64,000 bases of DNA from a virus (IMGVR_UViG_3300021431_000103:1-64000); one strand, 5' to 3'; numbered from the stretch's first letter, positions 42,571-52,963 are shown. Notes: generated by a model from the sequence alone, not told the origin. Translations and numbers: made by a program.

Positions 42571-43520
42571 TGAAAAATATAAAAGATTATTTTAAGAATA
42601 TATTAAATGAAAGCACATTTACATTAGATAAAAACCAATTATCTAATTATTTTGATGAATTTAATAAAAAGTATTTTAATGGTTTATTAAATAAACCAAA
42701 ACTTACTATAATTAACAATCCATCAGAGAAATTTCTTGGAACCCATTCATTTAATATAGATTACATAAATGAAAAAATACAATGTAAAGAAATTATAATC
42801 AATTTAAGTAAAATTCATACAACTGATGAATTCCGAAATGTTTTAGTGCATGAAATGATACATAATTATGTTAATCTAAAAGAGCAGCCAAAACAAGCAC
42901 AATGGGATTTGATTAATACTCAATTTACATTAGAAGAATTATATAATAATAAAAATCAAAAAGAAATATATGAAATTTTAAATATAACAGAAAATCAAAA
43001 ACATAAAGGACTTTGGAAGAAAATGGCGAATGATTTGAATATAAAAAATGATGAACTTAATATAGAAGAATATAAAGGGCATTTTATCGTTGATGAAGAC
43101 TATATAAAACGATATATAAATAAATTTGCTGTATATTATGTTAATCAATCATTATTTGTTTTAGATAAAACAGATCCTTATTTTACAAAATGTAATGATT
43201 TGATAAAAAGGGGTACTTGTAAAATACCAATGTATGAAGGTGATTGGTATAAATTAGAATTAACTAAAGATCCATATCTGTTTGGCTTATTCATAAAATT
43301 TAATAATTTTACAAAAGCAAATAGATATAAATTAACTGAAACACAATTTAAAATGTTTGAACATAATGGATGTTATACAACAAAATTCTTGGGTACAGTT
43401 AAAGTTGCATTAACTGAGCAACACAAATGGTCATTTAGAGATTTATCCTTAGAAGAAAAAAGAAAACTTACTGAATTTTCAATGGAACATCCATATATAG
43501 AAGATGAAGAATTTATTTGA
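42567..43520 (+). CDS. SprT-like zinc metalloprotease
   Basis: [27 protein letters not shown]. Confidence 0.8.
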   Translation: MMKNIKDYFKNILNESTFTLDKNQLSNYFDEFNKKYFNGLLNKPKLTIINNPSEKFLGTHSFNIDYINEKIQCKEIIINLSKIHTTDEFRNVLVHEMIHNYVNLKEQPKQAQWDLINTQFTLEELYNNKNQKEIYEILNITENQKHKGLWKKMANDLNIKNDELNIEEYKGHFIVDEDYIKRYINKFAVYYVNQSLFVLDKTDPYFTKCNDLIKRGTCKIPMYEGDWYKLELTKDPYLFGLFIKFNNFTKANRYKLTETQFKMFEHNGCYTTKFLGTVKVALTEQHKWSFRDLSLEEKRKLTEFSMEHPYIEDEEFI

Positions 43521-43620
43521 TGATGATGAAGATTACATTAAAACGTATATTGAAAAATATGCTTTATATTATGTAAATGGTATTTTATATGTTTTAGATA
43601 GAAAATCAGAGTATTTTTAA
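43521..43620 (+). pseudogene. Remnant duplicate of an SprT-paralog internal segment
   Basis: DEDYIKTYIEKYALYYVNGILYVLD mirrors [25 protein letters not shown] in the upstream gene. Confidence 0.5.
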
Positions 43621-43621
43621 T

Positions 43622-43810
43622 ATGATAGAAGAAATAAATAACCAAATTCAAGAGTTAGAAAAACAAGTAACATACTGGAGAAGTAGAGAATTTGATATAA
43701 ACCCTAAAGATTGGGATATGTTGAAGACTACTATCACTTCTCTAGAATATGTGATTTATAATCTTCAAAAAATGAAGGTACATTATGAACAAGATACGCA
43801 GGGACATTGA
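43622..43810 (+). CDS. Hypothetical coiled-coil protein
   Basis: ORF 62 aa. Confidence 0.55.
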   Translation: MIEEINNQIQELEKQVTYWRSREFDINPKDWDMLKTTITSLEYVIYNLQKMKVHYEQDTQGH

Positions 43811-44039
43811 TAAAATAGATGACAAAATCTTCAAGTTGCTCAAAACACGATTGAGCAAAGCCAAGAAAATTGGTGAACTTAAGAAGTATATGAAAGTCAA
43901 TGTAGATGATGCTGAACGAGAACAAGAGATTTTGGGTAGATTAAATACAGAAGAATTGTCAGTCTATAAAGATCAAATTACAGATATCTATAAAGAGATT
44001 TTCAAGCAAATGAAATTATTGGAAAACAAGAATGGATAA
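43785..44039 (+). CDS. Chorismate mutase type II (AroQ)-like protein
   Basis: IRRDIDKIDDKIFKLLKTR, IGELK, DAEREQEIL pattern. Confidence 0.7.
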   Translation: MNKIRRDIDKIDDKIFKLLKTRLSKAKKIGELKKYMKVNVDDAEREQEILGRLNTEELSVYKDQITDIYKEIFKQMKLLENKNG

Positions 44040-44208
44040 GACTTATATTTTCTTGATAAGCTATCTGGATAATGTGTGGGCAGAATCTCTTACAGAAAAG
44101 AATGAGATTGTTAAAAGTCCAAGTATAAATGAAGCCATAAGAGAAATACAAAAGAGATATGCTCATAAGCAAAAATTGGTAATTAGATCTGTGTACTGTG
44201 AGTGAAAT

Positions 44209-45117
44209 ATGAAAACAATTAAAGAGTATTTTAAATCTATATTAAATGAAAATAATACTTCATTTGAATTAACTAAAGCTGTTGCTTTGAAAGGATTTAA
44301 AGAATTCAATGATAAGTATTTTGGCGGGCAATTAAAACCAATAAAAATAGAATTGGTAGAAGATGTAAAAGAAGATTATGGTGATTTTATTTTTGGTATT
44401 GATTATATAAATCAAAATATAAAAAGCATATCAATAACATTAAATAAAGAAAAAATCCATTCATATGAAGAATTTAGAAATATATTAGTTCATGAAATGG
44501 TACATTATTATGTTAATGAACAATATAAACCCGATAAAACAATATGGGATTGTTTATTAATAGATGAACCTGTATCTGAAAAATTGGAAATATTGGGTAT
44601 ATCAGATAATATGAATCATAAAGGAAAATGGAAAATGATGGCAGATAAACTTACACAAAATTATGATGAATTATTCATAGAAACCAAAAAAGAAGATTTT
44701 GAATTAACTGAAGATTTTATAAAAAACTATAAAAAGAACCATAAAATTTATTTTATAAATGATAATCTATTTGTATTGAAAATAGGTAGCGAAAAATATA
44801 ATTTGATGCAAAAGTACATAAAAACTGGTAAATGTAAATTACCAAATTATACCGGTGATTTGTATGAATTAATTATAGATGAAGATATACAGCATTTTGA
44901 TTACTTTATTTTGTATTTAAAACACTATAATGAAGGAATCTATAATATGAAGAAAATAACAATAGATAGATTACATCATGAAAATTATTTTGAAATGAAA
45001 TTCATTTGTAGTATAGTAACAGATATAGATGAAAACATTAATTCTAATAAATTAACAGATCAACCAAAAGAAATTTTAGAAGAATTAAATATATTATATA
45101 GGAATCTTTCAATGTAA
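44209..45117 (+). CDS. SprT-like zinc metalloprotease
   Basis: FKEFNDKYFGG, FRNILVHEMVH, HKGKW. Confidence 0.8.
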   Translation: MKTIKEYFKSILNENNTSFELTKAVALKGFKEFNDKYFGGQLKPIKIELVEDVKEDYGDFIFGIDYINQNIKSISITLNKEKIHSYEEFRNILVHEMVHYYVNEQYKPDKTIWDCLLIDEPVSEKLEILGISDNMNHKGKWKMMADKLTQNYDELFIETKKEDFELTEDFIKNYKKNHKIYFINDNLFVLKIGSEKYNLMQKYIKTGKCKLPNYTGDLYELIIDEDIQHFDYFILYLKHYNEGIYNMKKITIDRLHHENYFEMKFICSIVTDIDENINSNKLTDQPKEILEELNILYRNLSM

Positions 45118-45200
45118 GTTCAAAAAAATAATAAAACTATAACTAACAAAATAGATTTGTTATATTTGGTATAACAAATTAAACACAAAAGGAAAAAATC

Positions 45201-45971
45201 ATGATTAAAGAAATGAAATATAATGATAAGTTTATCTCTCTTATGAGCGAACTTGCAGCCATCAATCCACAATTGATTTTCAAGAAGAAGGAAGATGATG
45301 CAGATACACTATCTGTGCGTGCAATAGCCCCGGATAAATCCGTAGTGTATTTCCTAGAAGCCCCAAAGGACTATTTTGAATTTGATAGTAATTCTTTCTC
45401 TGTTATTGATTTTAACAGACTTGTAAGCTACTACAATGTATTCAACAACCCCAATAGCGACCCAAAGCTCAATGAAATTCCACTAATGAGTATTGAATAC
45501 AACAATGACCAGTGTGAAGAATCTGTTGTACTTCATATCAAGAGTTCTTTGAGAAATGCAAGTATGAAGCATCGTTTGGCTAATGAAGATGTGATTACAA
45601 AGCCAACCTTCTCAAAGGTCAAGTTCCCATCTGTGGATGCTGTTGTAAATTTGACAGAAGAACAGCAGAAGACCATAAATGCTAGATTGAAGTTGATTGG
45701 TGCAGACAGAATGAAATATGCTTTCAATGGTGATACATTGACATTGACATTGTTCACCACAAAGACTGGTGATACTTATTCCGAAGATTTCCAGCTTGAA
45801 AATGCTGTAACAGAGAATTTTGAGTTGGTTACACCAGCAACAGGATTTGCTCTATTGCCAGTAGGAAACTTCAAGGTTAATGTGTCTAAGGCCGGTATTA
45901 TGGAATTCAAGCAGATACGAGATGATGCCATTGACTTGAGCCTATACATCGCCAAGGCAAAGAATGACTAA
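45201..45971 (+). CDS. 45: Sliding clamp gp45
   Basis: ELAAINPQLIF, FSVIDF.RL..Y, size and context; AAGGA RBS. Confidence 0.75.
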   Translation: MIKEMKYNDKFISLMSELAAINPQLIFKKKEDDADTLSVRAIAPDKSVVYFLEAPKDYFEFDSNSFSVIDFNRLVSYYNVFNNPNSDPKLNEIPLMSIEYNNDQCEESVVLHIKSSLRNASMKHRLANEDVITKPTFSKVKFPSVDAVVNLTEEQQKTINARLKLIGADRMKYAFNGDTLTLTLFTTKTGDTYSEDFQLENAVTENFELVTPATGFALLPVGNFKVNVSKAGIMEFKQIRDDAIDLSLYIAKAKND

Positions 45972-45983
45972 TTGTATAGAATA

Positions 45984-46008
45984 GAAGCTACTTCAATGTA
46001 GCTTCTTC
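45984..46008 (+). terminator. Terminator hairpin
   Basis: GAAGCTAC-ttcaat-GTAGCTTC. Confidence 0.55.
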
Positions 46009-46034
46009 TATATATTTTTTAGAAGAATTAAATT

Positions 46035-46304
46035 ATGAAAAATTTTAGACAATATATAGGCGAAGCACATTTAAAAGATGATGATGACTATGAATTTGAA
46101 TTAACTGAAGAAAAACTTGAGCAGTATTTTTATATTTTTAATGATAAGTATTTTAATAATAAATTAAAAGGATTAAAATTTAATGTAGTCCATTTTAATA
46201 AAAATTTAAGAAATGATGCTATTGGTTATTTAAATATAACATTAAATTTTGAAAATGAAACTATAATTTGTAATAGTATTAATATAAATGAAGATCTGTT
46301 TTAA
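46035..46304 (+). pseudogene. Truncated SprT-like paralog (N-terminal part only, lacks HExxH)
   Basis: YFYIFNDKYFNNKL..NIN matches paralogs, then stop. Confidence 0.55.
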
Positions 46305-46312
46305 GGTAATAT

Positions 46313-46636
46313 ATGGCATACGTTGTTAAATATCATCAGCAAAATAGAGTAAAAGAATTACCAACAGTATTCAATGATGAATCTACTGGTATGGAAATTT
46401 TTGTTAGAACTATAATCAAAGAAAAACTTGAAAAAGGAATATCCAAGGAAGAAATAGTCAAAGAACTTAAACTATTGGAAGTATCTGAAGAAAATAAGAA
46501 AAAATGTCTTGAAGTAATCAAGGAAGAACTTGGTGAAGAAGGAACAGTTTTAGTCCACAACTATTTTGACTTCAATACAGAATCATGGAAATCCAATCAA
46601 GACGATGTTGGAAATTTTGAGGAATTTTTCGCATGA
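46313..46636 (+). CDS. Hypothetical protein with clamp-binding-like tail
   Basis: Ends NFEEFFA. Confidence 0.65.
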   Translation: MAYVVKYHQQNRVKELPTVFNDESTGMEIFVRTIIKEKLEKGISKEEIVKELKLLEVSEENKKKCLEVIKEELGEEGTVLVHNYFDFNTESWKSNQDDVGNFEEFFA

Positions 46637-46824
46637 GAAAACTTACTTTCATTACTTGGATGAATGAATCTGGTTTAAGCAATTATTATGAAGAACTGGA
46701 CAAACGAAAAGAATACCATTTAAAAGGAGAACCAAATGTTCGTGTTAATAGCAATAGTTTTCACAATAGCAATAGTCTACGCAAGCTACGTACAAGTCCA
46801 CGGCGAAAAGAAGCCAAAAGATAA
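46633..46824 (+). CDS. Hypothetical protein; in-frame CGG-C at 46801 may extend the end
   Basis: Starts MRKLTFITWMNES. Confidence 0.5.
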   Translation: MRKLTFITWMNESGLSNYYEELDKRKEYHLKGEPNVRVNSNSFHNSNSLRKLRTSPRRKEAKR

Positions 46825-46861
46825 AGAAGATTAATTTAATTACATTTGAATTCAAGAAGGA

Positions 46862-47458
46862 TTGGAAAACAGTCCTTCTTTTGCTATATTTCTCATTATG
46901 ACTGGAGAAGATTTCATAAAAATTTGTGATAATATAGAGAAATCTATAGATGGTTTTAAATACCCTACAAAGCCACAGATTGTATTGAATAGTAGAAATA
47001 GTGTGACATTTGAAACTTCTGTTATTACAAATAAAGGTTTTGGATTCATTAAAAAAGACTACCACGAAACACTTTTTAGCCAATACATTTATTCTATAAA
47101 TGGTTTATATACTGACGAATATAGATTCATTCTAGTTGATTTGGATTTTAAAGAAGAAGTAATCTATTACTATCCAGACTTATATTTGAAAAAGCATGAT
47201 AATTGGGTAGGAACAATGAAAGGTGGAATGGTCTATAAAATATGTGGAGAATACATAAAAGTTCCATTTTCAAAATTCAAAACAAATGAACAGATAGAAA
47301 AATTCTGTATTCTACACTTCAATAAAATTAAAAAGAAATATGAAGATCTAGTCATTCAACAAAAAGAAGAAAACAAAGATTTTTGGAATGAATTTGATAG
47401 AAAAGAAAAGATTAAACAAATTAACAAGAAAATAAAAGTATTGAACAAGGACTTCTAA
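46862..47458 (+). CDS. Hypothetical protein, KDF family
   Basis: Ends VLNKDF; start uncertain. Confidence 0.65.
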   Translation: MENSPSFAIFLIMTGEDFIKICDNIEKSIDGFKYPTKPQIVLNSRNSVTFETSVITNKGFGFIKKDYHETLFSQYIYSINGLYTDEYRFILVDLDFKEEVIYYYPDLYLKKHDNWVGTMKGGMVYKICGEYIKVPFSKFKTNEQIEKFCILHFNKIKKKYEDLVIQQKEENKDFWNEFDRKEKIKQINKKIKVLNKDF

Positions 47459-47473
47459 TAAATAGAGTGTAAT

Positions 47474-47761
47474 ATGATAGGTACGATTTGTTGGCTATTT
47501 GGTATAATTGGTGCAGCAGCATTTGCTATAAATTTAGCACCACAAGTAATAAAATGTTATAAAGAAAAATCTGCCAATCAGATTTCAAGAGGGTTTCTTG
47601 TATTGGCCTTTGTTGGTAATCTGTGTTCAGCAGTATTTGTATTCTATACGAATTATGTTACTGGATTATGGCAAATACCAATCTATTTTAACTATGGTAT
47701 TGCTACTTTATTAACAATTATTTTGACAATTATGAAGGTTAAGTATGACAAAGATAAATAG
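47474..47761 (+). CDS. PQ-loop / SemiSWEET-like membrane protein
   Basis: LAPQVIKCYK.KSA..IS, three TM helices. Confidence 0.8.
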   Translation: MIGTICWLFGIIGAAAFAINLAPQVIKCYKEKSANQISRGFLVLAFVGNLCSAVFVFYTNYVTGLWQIPIYFNYGIATLLTIILTIMKVKYDKDK

Positions 47762-48901
47762 ATTCCTTAACATTTTAATTCCACGGAATCTTCTTGCCAA
47801 CTTGTCTTGGCACAGTTTATAACTATTCCCAATATGCTAAAAACATAATGGAATGGTTTGATATAAGTAAATTCTCAACTGACATTGGTTTTACTTTAAT
47901 CATTTTCTTCCTGGGTATGGGTGCTGCCACTTTTGGTAGAATGGTAGAACTTAACCCTAAACGAATGGCTTGTATCAGTACCATATTGTTCTTTATTGGT
48001 ATGATACTTGTTTTCTGTTCGCTCCAATTCCACTTGTTGCCACTGTATTATGTTGGATGCTCCTTTATGGGTTGTGGTACTGGTATTGGTTATGTTTCAC
48101 CGATTAAGCAACTGCTCAGTAATTTCGCAGATCATAAGGGGTTAGCATCTGGTTTGGCTATTACTGGTTTTGGATTGGGTAAGTTCGTAGCTGCTCCAGC
48201 CATTGAGTATTTACTTACGGCGGTATCTCTACCTACTATGTTCCTTGTCCTTGCTGGGACATTCCTGCTCATTATGAGTGTATGTTCGTGGTTGTTTAGA
48301 CCAAATCCAGCGTTCATTTCTACGGTCTATACTGCTATCCCTATTAAGACCCTAGTTAAGTACACATTCCTAACAAAGCAATACATTTCTGTATGGTTAA
48401 TGTTCTGTATTAACATATCCTGTGGTTTGGCAATTATTTCACAGGAGAAAGGATTGTTGACTGGTCTTGGATTTACTGAGATTGCTTTGATTATGAGCTT
48501 GACTGCCATATTCAACATATTGGGTAGATTTGGTATGAGCACAGCTAGTGATTCCATAGGGAGAAAAGCAGCATATCATTGGGTATGTTCATTGGGTATA
48601 CTTGCATCCTTCATGATCTTCACACAGTATGCTTGGCTGGCTCTGATAGGCATTCTAATGGTAGAATTTGCTTACGGGCGGAAACTTTTCCTGCTTACCA
48701 AGTCTATTGGCAAAACGATTTGGTGATTCATGTGTATCTACAGTCCATGCGATGACTTTGTCTGGCTGGGGAATAGCAGGTATAATAGGTCCTGTCCTAG
48801 CAAATGTGTTTACTGGTTCTGACTTGTATTTGGTAATGGGTGGATTGTACTTGTTTGGATTTGCTATGATGACTTTGTTTGTAAAGAAAGATAACAGTTA
48901 A
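47745..48901 (+). CDS. MFS transporter, oxalate/formate antiporter (OFA) family; +1 CGG-A sites at 47784 and 48679
   Basis: NRF..LIP[C]GIFL, GLASGLAITGFGLG, NILGRFG..TASDSIGRK, YG[C]GNFSCLP. Confidence 0.8.
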
Positions 48902-48969
48902 ATTGTGATACAAAATATAATGCGATGGTTATTGACTAATTCAATAACCATTTTTATTTTTACTACACT

Positions 48970-49197
48970 ATGAACCATATTAAAATAACAACAAAAGATT
49001 CTTGTGGAATTGTCAAGAATTATGTAAGTCTTAATTCAATTGAAAGTTTTTCAAGTATTCAAGATACACAAATAACAATCAACACCAAAACAGGGCACCA
49101 ATTCATCATTAACAAGAAATTTTCTACTGTTGAATATGGAAATATAACATTGAATTTTGATGAAATAGTGGATTTAATTTGTAGCAAAATGGAGTAG
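48970..49197 (+). CDS. Hypothetical protein
   Basis: ORF 75 aa after terminator hairpin 48925-48956. Confidence 0.55.
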   Translation: MNHIKITTKDSCGIVKNYVSLNSIESFSSIQDTQITINTKTGHQFIINKKFSTVEYGNITLNFDEIVDLICSKME

Positions 49198-49199
49198 TT

Positions 49200-50402
49200 A
49201 TGTTCATCAACAAACAATTAGATGATGATTTGAAAAAATACATTGATGGAATAGATTGGACTGATACAGTTCCAGATACAGACAAAAATAAATACCAGAC
49301 TGATACAGAATTTGTCATTAAATACAAAGAAGATCTATACAATAAGTATTCTGTAGAAATTGAAGATCTCATTAACAAGGTGACAGAGCCATTCAAGAAG
49401 AAAGGTTTTATAGTTGCTCTATATACAAAGAGCATGGGTGATTGGATATGGAGCAAATCAGATACAAACAAATTTTGTTACTTGTCTTATAACATTAAAT
49501 ACACCAATGATATAAAAACAAATCCATTTGATATGGATATACGATTTGTTGCTGAAAAGAATTTTAATAAAATAGATTTGAATTGGTTTATATGCAGTCC
49601 AAGAAGACTAAAGTATAAAAATAGTTTGAGATATGCTTGTGATACGTATTGTAATAGCAAGCTATTTACCACACGAGGATTTAGAAGATATGGTTATCAG
49701 ACATACAAGTATACTGGTGATTTGATTGACTGGTATAAAATTGATGGTTATGCTGATGAAATTATAAAGCATTTGAATAAGTCCATTATAGAATTAAAGA
49801 ACAAGCACGAAACAATACAAAAACAAGTAAAAATAAAGGAAAAATTAAGAAAAATCCAATTTGATGATGTATATTGTGCTGTATCAGAGATTAACTCAAA
49901 TATAAAAGACATTAATGTAAAATTTTTAATTCAAGAATACTATGATTTTGACAGAGTTGATACACCGATTCAATTCAATCTACAATTGTCAAACAATCCA
50001 GAACAACAAAGAGAAGATCTATATGTAGATGACCATAAAGAAATTCTTTTGGAAGATGTTTTACAATATGGTATGTCAAAACAAGAATATGAAGAAAAGA
50101 AAAAACTTGTGGAAGCCAACAAAATAAAACTATTTTCTTATCTATTTGGTGGAGCACAATACTCTAGGTCAAAATACAGAATTACTATAAAATACAATGG
50201 TAAGAATGAAAAACATTGGTCATTGGATTTATATAATTGGAATATGACATCTGAATCATTCAAAATTCTATATGGTGAACAGATAACAGACTTCGTAGAC
50301 ATTGATGAACTAAAGAACTACTTGTTGAAAATTATAAAAATAGACAATGAATTGTATAATAAAACCACGCAATGGCTAGAAGATGCTCATAGAAATTCCT
50401 AA
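49200..50402 (+). CDS. Hypothetical protein
   Basis: ORF 400 aa. Confidence 0.75.
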   Translation: MFINKQLDDDLKKYIDGIDWTDTVPDTDKNKYQTDTEFVIKYKEDLYNKYSVEIEDLINKVTEPFKKKGFIVALYTKSMGDWIWSKSDTNKFCYLSYNIKYTNDIKTNPFDMDIRFVAEKNFNKIDLNWFICSPRRLKYKNSLRYACDTYCNSKLFTTRGFRRYGYQTYKYTGDLIDWYKIDGYADEIIKHLNKSIIELKNKHETIQKQVKIKEKLRKIQFDDVYCAVSEINSNIKDINVKFLIQEYYDFDRVDTPIQFNLQLSNNPEQQREDLYVDDHKEILLEDVLQYGMSKQEYEEKKKLVEANKIKLFSYLFGGAQYSRSKYRITIKYNGKNEKHWSLDLYNWNMTSESFKILYGEQITDFVDIDELKNYLLKIIKIDNELYNKTTQWLEDAHRNS

Positions 50403-50835
50403 AGAAAAACTTGAAGAAGCACGAAAGTTATTCAAAAATCAGAGAAGGATTTTCAATAAGATCCAAATTTTTGCAAGCAAGTATGCACTGAATCGCTGTA
50501 AAGAAGACATGAACGAATTGTCAAAACTAGGTGTATTCTGTGTTGAATTGAACTATTGGATATATGGCGAAGATTATTCTACCATTGATTTTTGGGTTGA
50601 TGTAATTCCTAGAGAAGACATGAGAGAAATCCGAAAAAGGGATTACAAATTGACTGATTTTATCTATCATTCACATTTGTTCTTTGAAATTCCTGTTGTG
50701 AATATGTTTACTGAAGAACAAATAAAGAAATGGCAAGACTATTGTCTAAGGACCTTAGCAAAAGCCGCCATCTTCAATAAGAAGAAAGCGGCCCAATGGT
50801 TAAAAATCAAGAATCTATCTAGCGATTTTGATTAA
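50383..50835 (+). CDS. Hypothetical protein, xDF family
   Basis: Ends NLSSDFD. Confidence 0.65.
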   Translation: MLIEIPKEKLEEARKLFKNQRRIFNKIQIFASKYALNRCKEDMNELSKLGVFCVELNYWIYGEDYSTIDFWVDVIPREDMREIRKRDYKLTDFIYHSHLFFEIPVVNMFTEEQIKKWQDYCLRTLAKAAIFNKKKAAQWLKIKNLSSDFD

Positions 50836-51377
50836 TCAAGTTCCATGTATACTTCTGCAGGATACTTGTAATCTGGTGCAGTCTTCAGCCATGACTTCAA
50901 CTGTCTAAGCACAGAAATCAACTGGTATGTGTTCCATTTTACACTACCGATGTCTTCTGTATATAAGTTTGCTGGGTCATAACCATCAACACCATAAGTA
51001 TAAAGTTGTTCCATTGGTGTTAGATGGTAGAAGTGGAATCTACCAGCAGAAAGGTCACTAATGGTCCTTTCTATATCTTCCTTAGCCCTTTTCTTATCGT
51101 GACACAATTCTCTTTTTATTACTTGAAGCAATGGTGTCCAGGATGTCTTGTTTTTCTCGTTCTCAAATTGAGCATAGGAATTCATCATTTCATCAATCTC
51201 AATGAATCTGTTAATGTTCAATACAAGCCACAATCTCAATAGTTGAGGTATTAGACGGATGTTCTTTCCTTTTCCAAATCTATCAAGTTCTTCACGGGTA
51301 AACTTGGTCTTGAAATTTTTCATTCTCTTATTATAATTCTCTAGCCTTTCAGCATAGGTTTTCTTTTTCTTTGCCAT
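50832..51377 (-). CDS. Hypothetical protein; only clear minus-strand gene
   Basis: GGAG RBS before MAKKKKTY; no long + strand ORF here. Confidence 0.75.
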   Translation of the reverse strand: MAKKKKTYAERLENYNKRMKNFKTKFTREELDRFGKGKNIRLIPQLLRLWLVLNINRFIEIDEMMNSYAQFENEKNKTSWTPLLQVIKRELCHDKKRAKEDIERTISDLSAGRFHFYHLTPMEQLYTYGVDGYDPANLYTEDIGSVKWNTYQLISVLRQLKSWLKTAPDYKYPAEVYMELD

Positions 51378-51499
51378 GTTCGTTTTCTCCATTAAAATAA
51401 CAGTTAGATTTTGCTAACTGGCGTGGGTTAATTTAAAGTTCAATCATTAAACATTATCTATTACATTTAATGTTGAAACATTGTGTATAAAAACTATAT

Positions 51500-51964
51500 T
51501 TGTATGTATATATGATTTTCATAGAAATTTATCAAGATCAGACATATTTTCAAAAAGCATTGGATGGCAACACATTCAAAATCACAAAATTGTTATTTGA
51601 AAAACCAACAAGTTATCAATCTGGACAATATGAACCATTAGAATGTCACAGAGAAGTCACATTTACAATAAAAACAGATACGAATGATGAAGAAAACATC
51701 CATTTAGATTTAGGTTATATGGATTATAGCACATACAGAAAATCGTTAAATACAGACACAGATGAAAGGACAGTGTATTTGAAGAGATTTGTTTTGTGTA
51801 GCGATAATGATAGCATTGTTTATGATGGAATGAATCAAAATATGAATGCTTTGGAAAATCTAGAAAAAGATTTATTAAAGAGAACTGACTATATCCACCA
51901 GAGAATCATGAAAGAAATAGAATCTAGCTACAAAATACAGAAAATAGAAGAGCAATTCAAATAG
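51500..51964 (+). CDS. Hypothetical protein, xQF variant of the KDF family
   Basis: Ends KIEEQFK; start uncertain. Confidence 0.65.
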   Translation: MYVYMIFIEIYQDQTYFQKALDGNTFKITKLLFEKPTSYQSGQYEPLECHREVTFTIKTDTNDEENIHLDLGYMDYSTYRKSLNTDTDERTVYLKRFVLCSDNDSIVYDGMNQNMNALENLEKDLLKRTDYIHQRIMKEIESSYKIQKIEEQFK

Positions 51965-52047
51965 TGGATTCCTGCGAAGATCTTCTCAAGTACGTCTCAG
52001 TTAGATAGAAAACTATAAACTACATTACAAATGAAAAATCTCGTTTA

Positions 52048-52072
52048 AAGGCCACTTACTGTGGCCTTATTG
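52048..52072 (+). terminator. Terminator hairpin
   Basis: AAGGCCAC-ttact-GTGGCCTT. Confidence 0.55.
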
Positions 52073-52073
52073 T

Positions 52074-52138
52074 GTAAACAAAATTTTACATAAAAATATG
52101 GTTTAAATGTTGCCAAAATGTGCAGTTTTAACTATATT
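52074..52138 (+). promoter_or_regulatory. Sigma70-type early promoter with GTAAAC..TTTAC palindrome
   Basis: TTGCCA 52110-52115, 17-nt spacer, TATATT 52133-52138; palindrome 52074-52089. Confidence 0.65.
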
Positions 52139-52161
52139 TAATGGTAAAAGAGGTTTAATAA

Positions 52162-52503
52162 ATGGTTTATAGCGATAAATGGAATTGGCGGTTCAAAGAA
52201 ATCATTAACCAACATCCTATAATGTGGCATCCAAATGAATTGGAAAAGCAGTCTGCATACTTTGTACCTAGGAAAATGAGTGATTTGATAGATAAAGCAT
52301 TTCCTGTTCATTGCAAGGAATATAGGAAAATTATCGGGCCAATGTTCAATTATCTACAGGGTTACACGAAATCTGTTAGTGGCTATAAGCACTACACAAG
52401 AACAGACCTTAAGATTTGTTTGAAACTAATGGATAAGTATATGTTGCTCTACAAGAATCTGCTCAGTAAACAGAAGATCTCTGCCATTGAAAAGGATTTT
52501 TAA
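52162..52503 (+). CDS. Hypothetical protein, EKDF family
   Basis: AGAGG RBS; in-frame CGG at 52189 read as Arg; ends AIEKDF. Confidence 0.75.
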   Translation: MVYSDKWNWRFKEIINQHPIMWHPNELEKQSAYFVPRKMSDLIDKAFPVHCKEYRKIIGPMFNYLQGYTKSVSGYKHYTRTDLKICLKLMDKYMLLYKNLLSKQKISAIEKDF

Positions 52504-52505
52504 AT

Positions 52506-52931
52506 ATGGAAATTACACGAAAAAATCTTGATGGGATTATTAAGACTGGAAATCTATATTTTCAGGTTCCAGCCAAATTCAGAGAAGGACTAATTCCCAT
52601 TGATAGTTATAGAAAACTCATCAAGATAGCCAAGAAAAATAGAGAATCTGATCTTATTGAAGATTTTAGCGAGATTTTCACTTATTGGGATGAAACTAGA
52701 AAGAAACCATTGTTTGATATATTTGTTTCATCTGACCCATTCATCACAACATATGAATTAAGCGATTTTTCTCTATGTGGGATGTATTGGCTAGAAGATG
52801 GAAATAGACTTAGTCCTGGTATGGAAAATTTTGGCTATACATTTGGTGTAGAGTTTCCAAAGAACATGGATTTGGAAAAATACGCCATAAACAACTACAA
52901 TGTGGCGAAAGCAGGTCTAGATTTTGTCTAG
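52506..52931 (+). CDS. Hypothetical protein, xDF family
   Basis: Ends AGLDFV. Confidence 0.65.
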   Translation: MEITRKNLDGIIKTGNLYFQVPAKFREGLIPIDSYRKLIKIAKKNRESDLIEDFSEIFTYWDETRKKPLFDIFVSSDPFITTYELSDFSLCGMYWLEDGNRLSPGMENFGYTFGVEFPKNMDLEKYAINNYNVAKAGLDFV

Positions 52932-52963
52932 ATAGCTATAATTTTTTAAAAATTGTGCTATAA

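Noticed and set aside
46801-46830. Possible 23rd shift site (CCA CGG CGA)
   Set aside because: Near the ORF end, fourth base is C, and both readings give a short plausible tail; undecidable without homologs.
13201-51500. TATATTTG as a Bacteroidota TAnnTTTG promoter implying the host phylum
   Set aside because: The same sites fit a TATATT -10 element, and TTGACA promoters and Shine-Dalgarno sites are present, so host assignment is not supportable.
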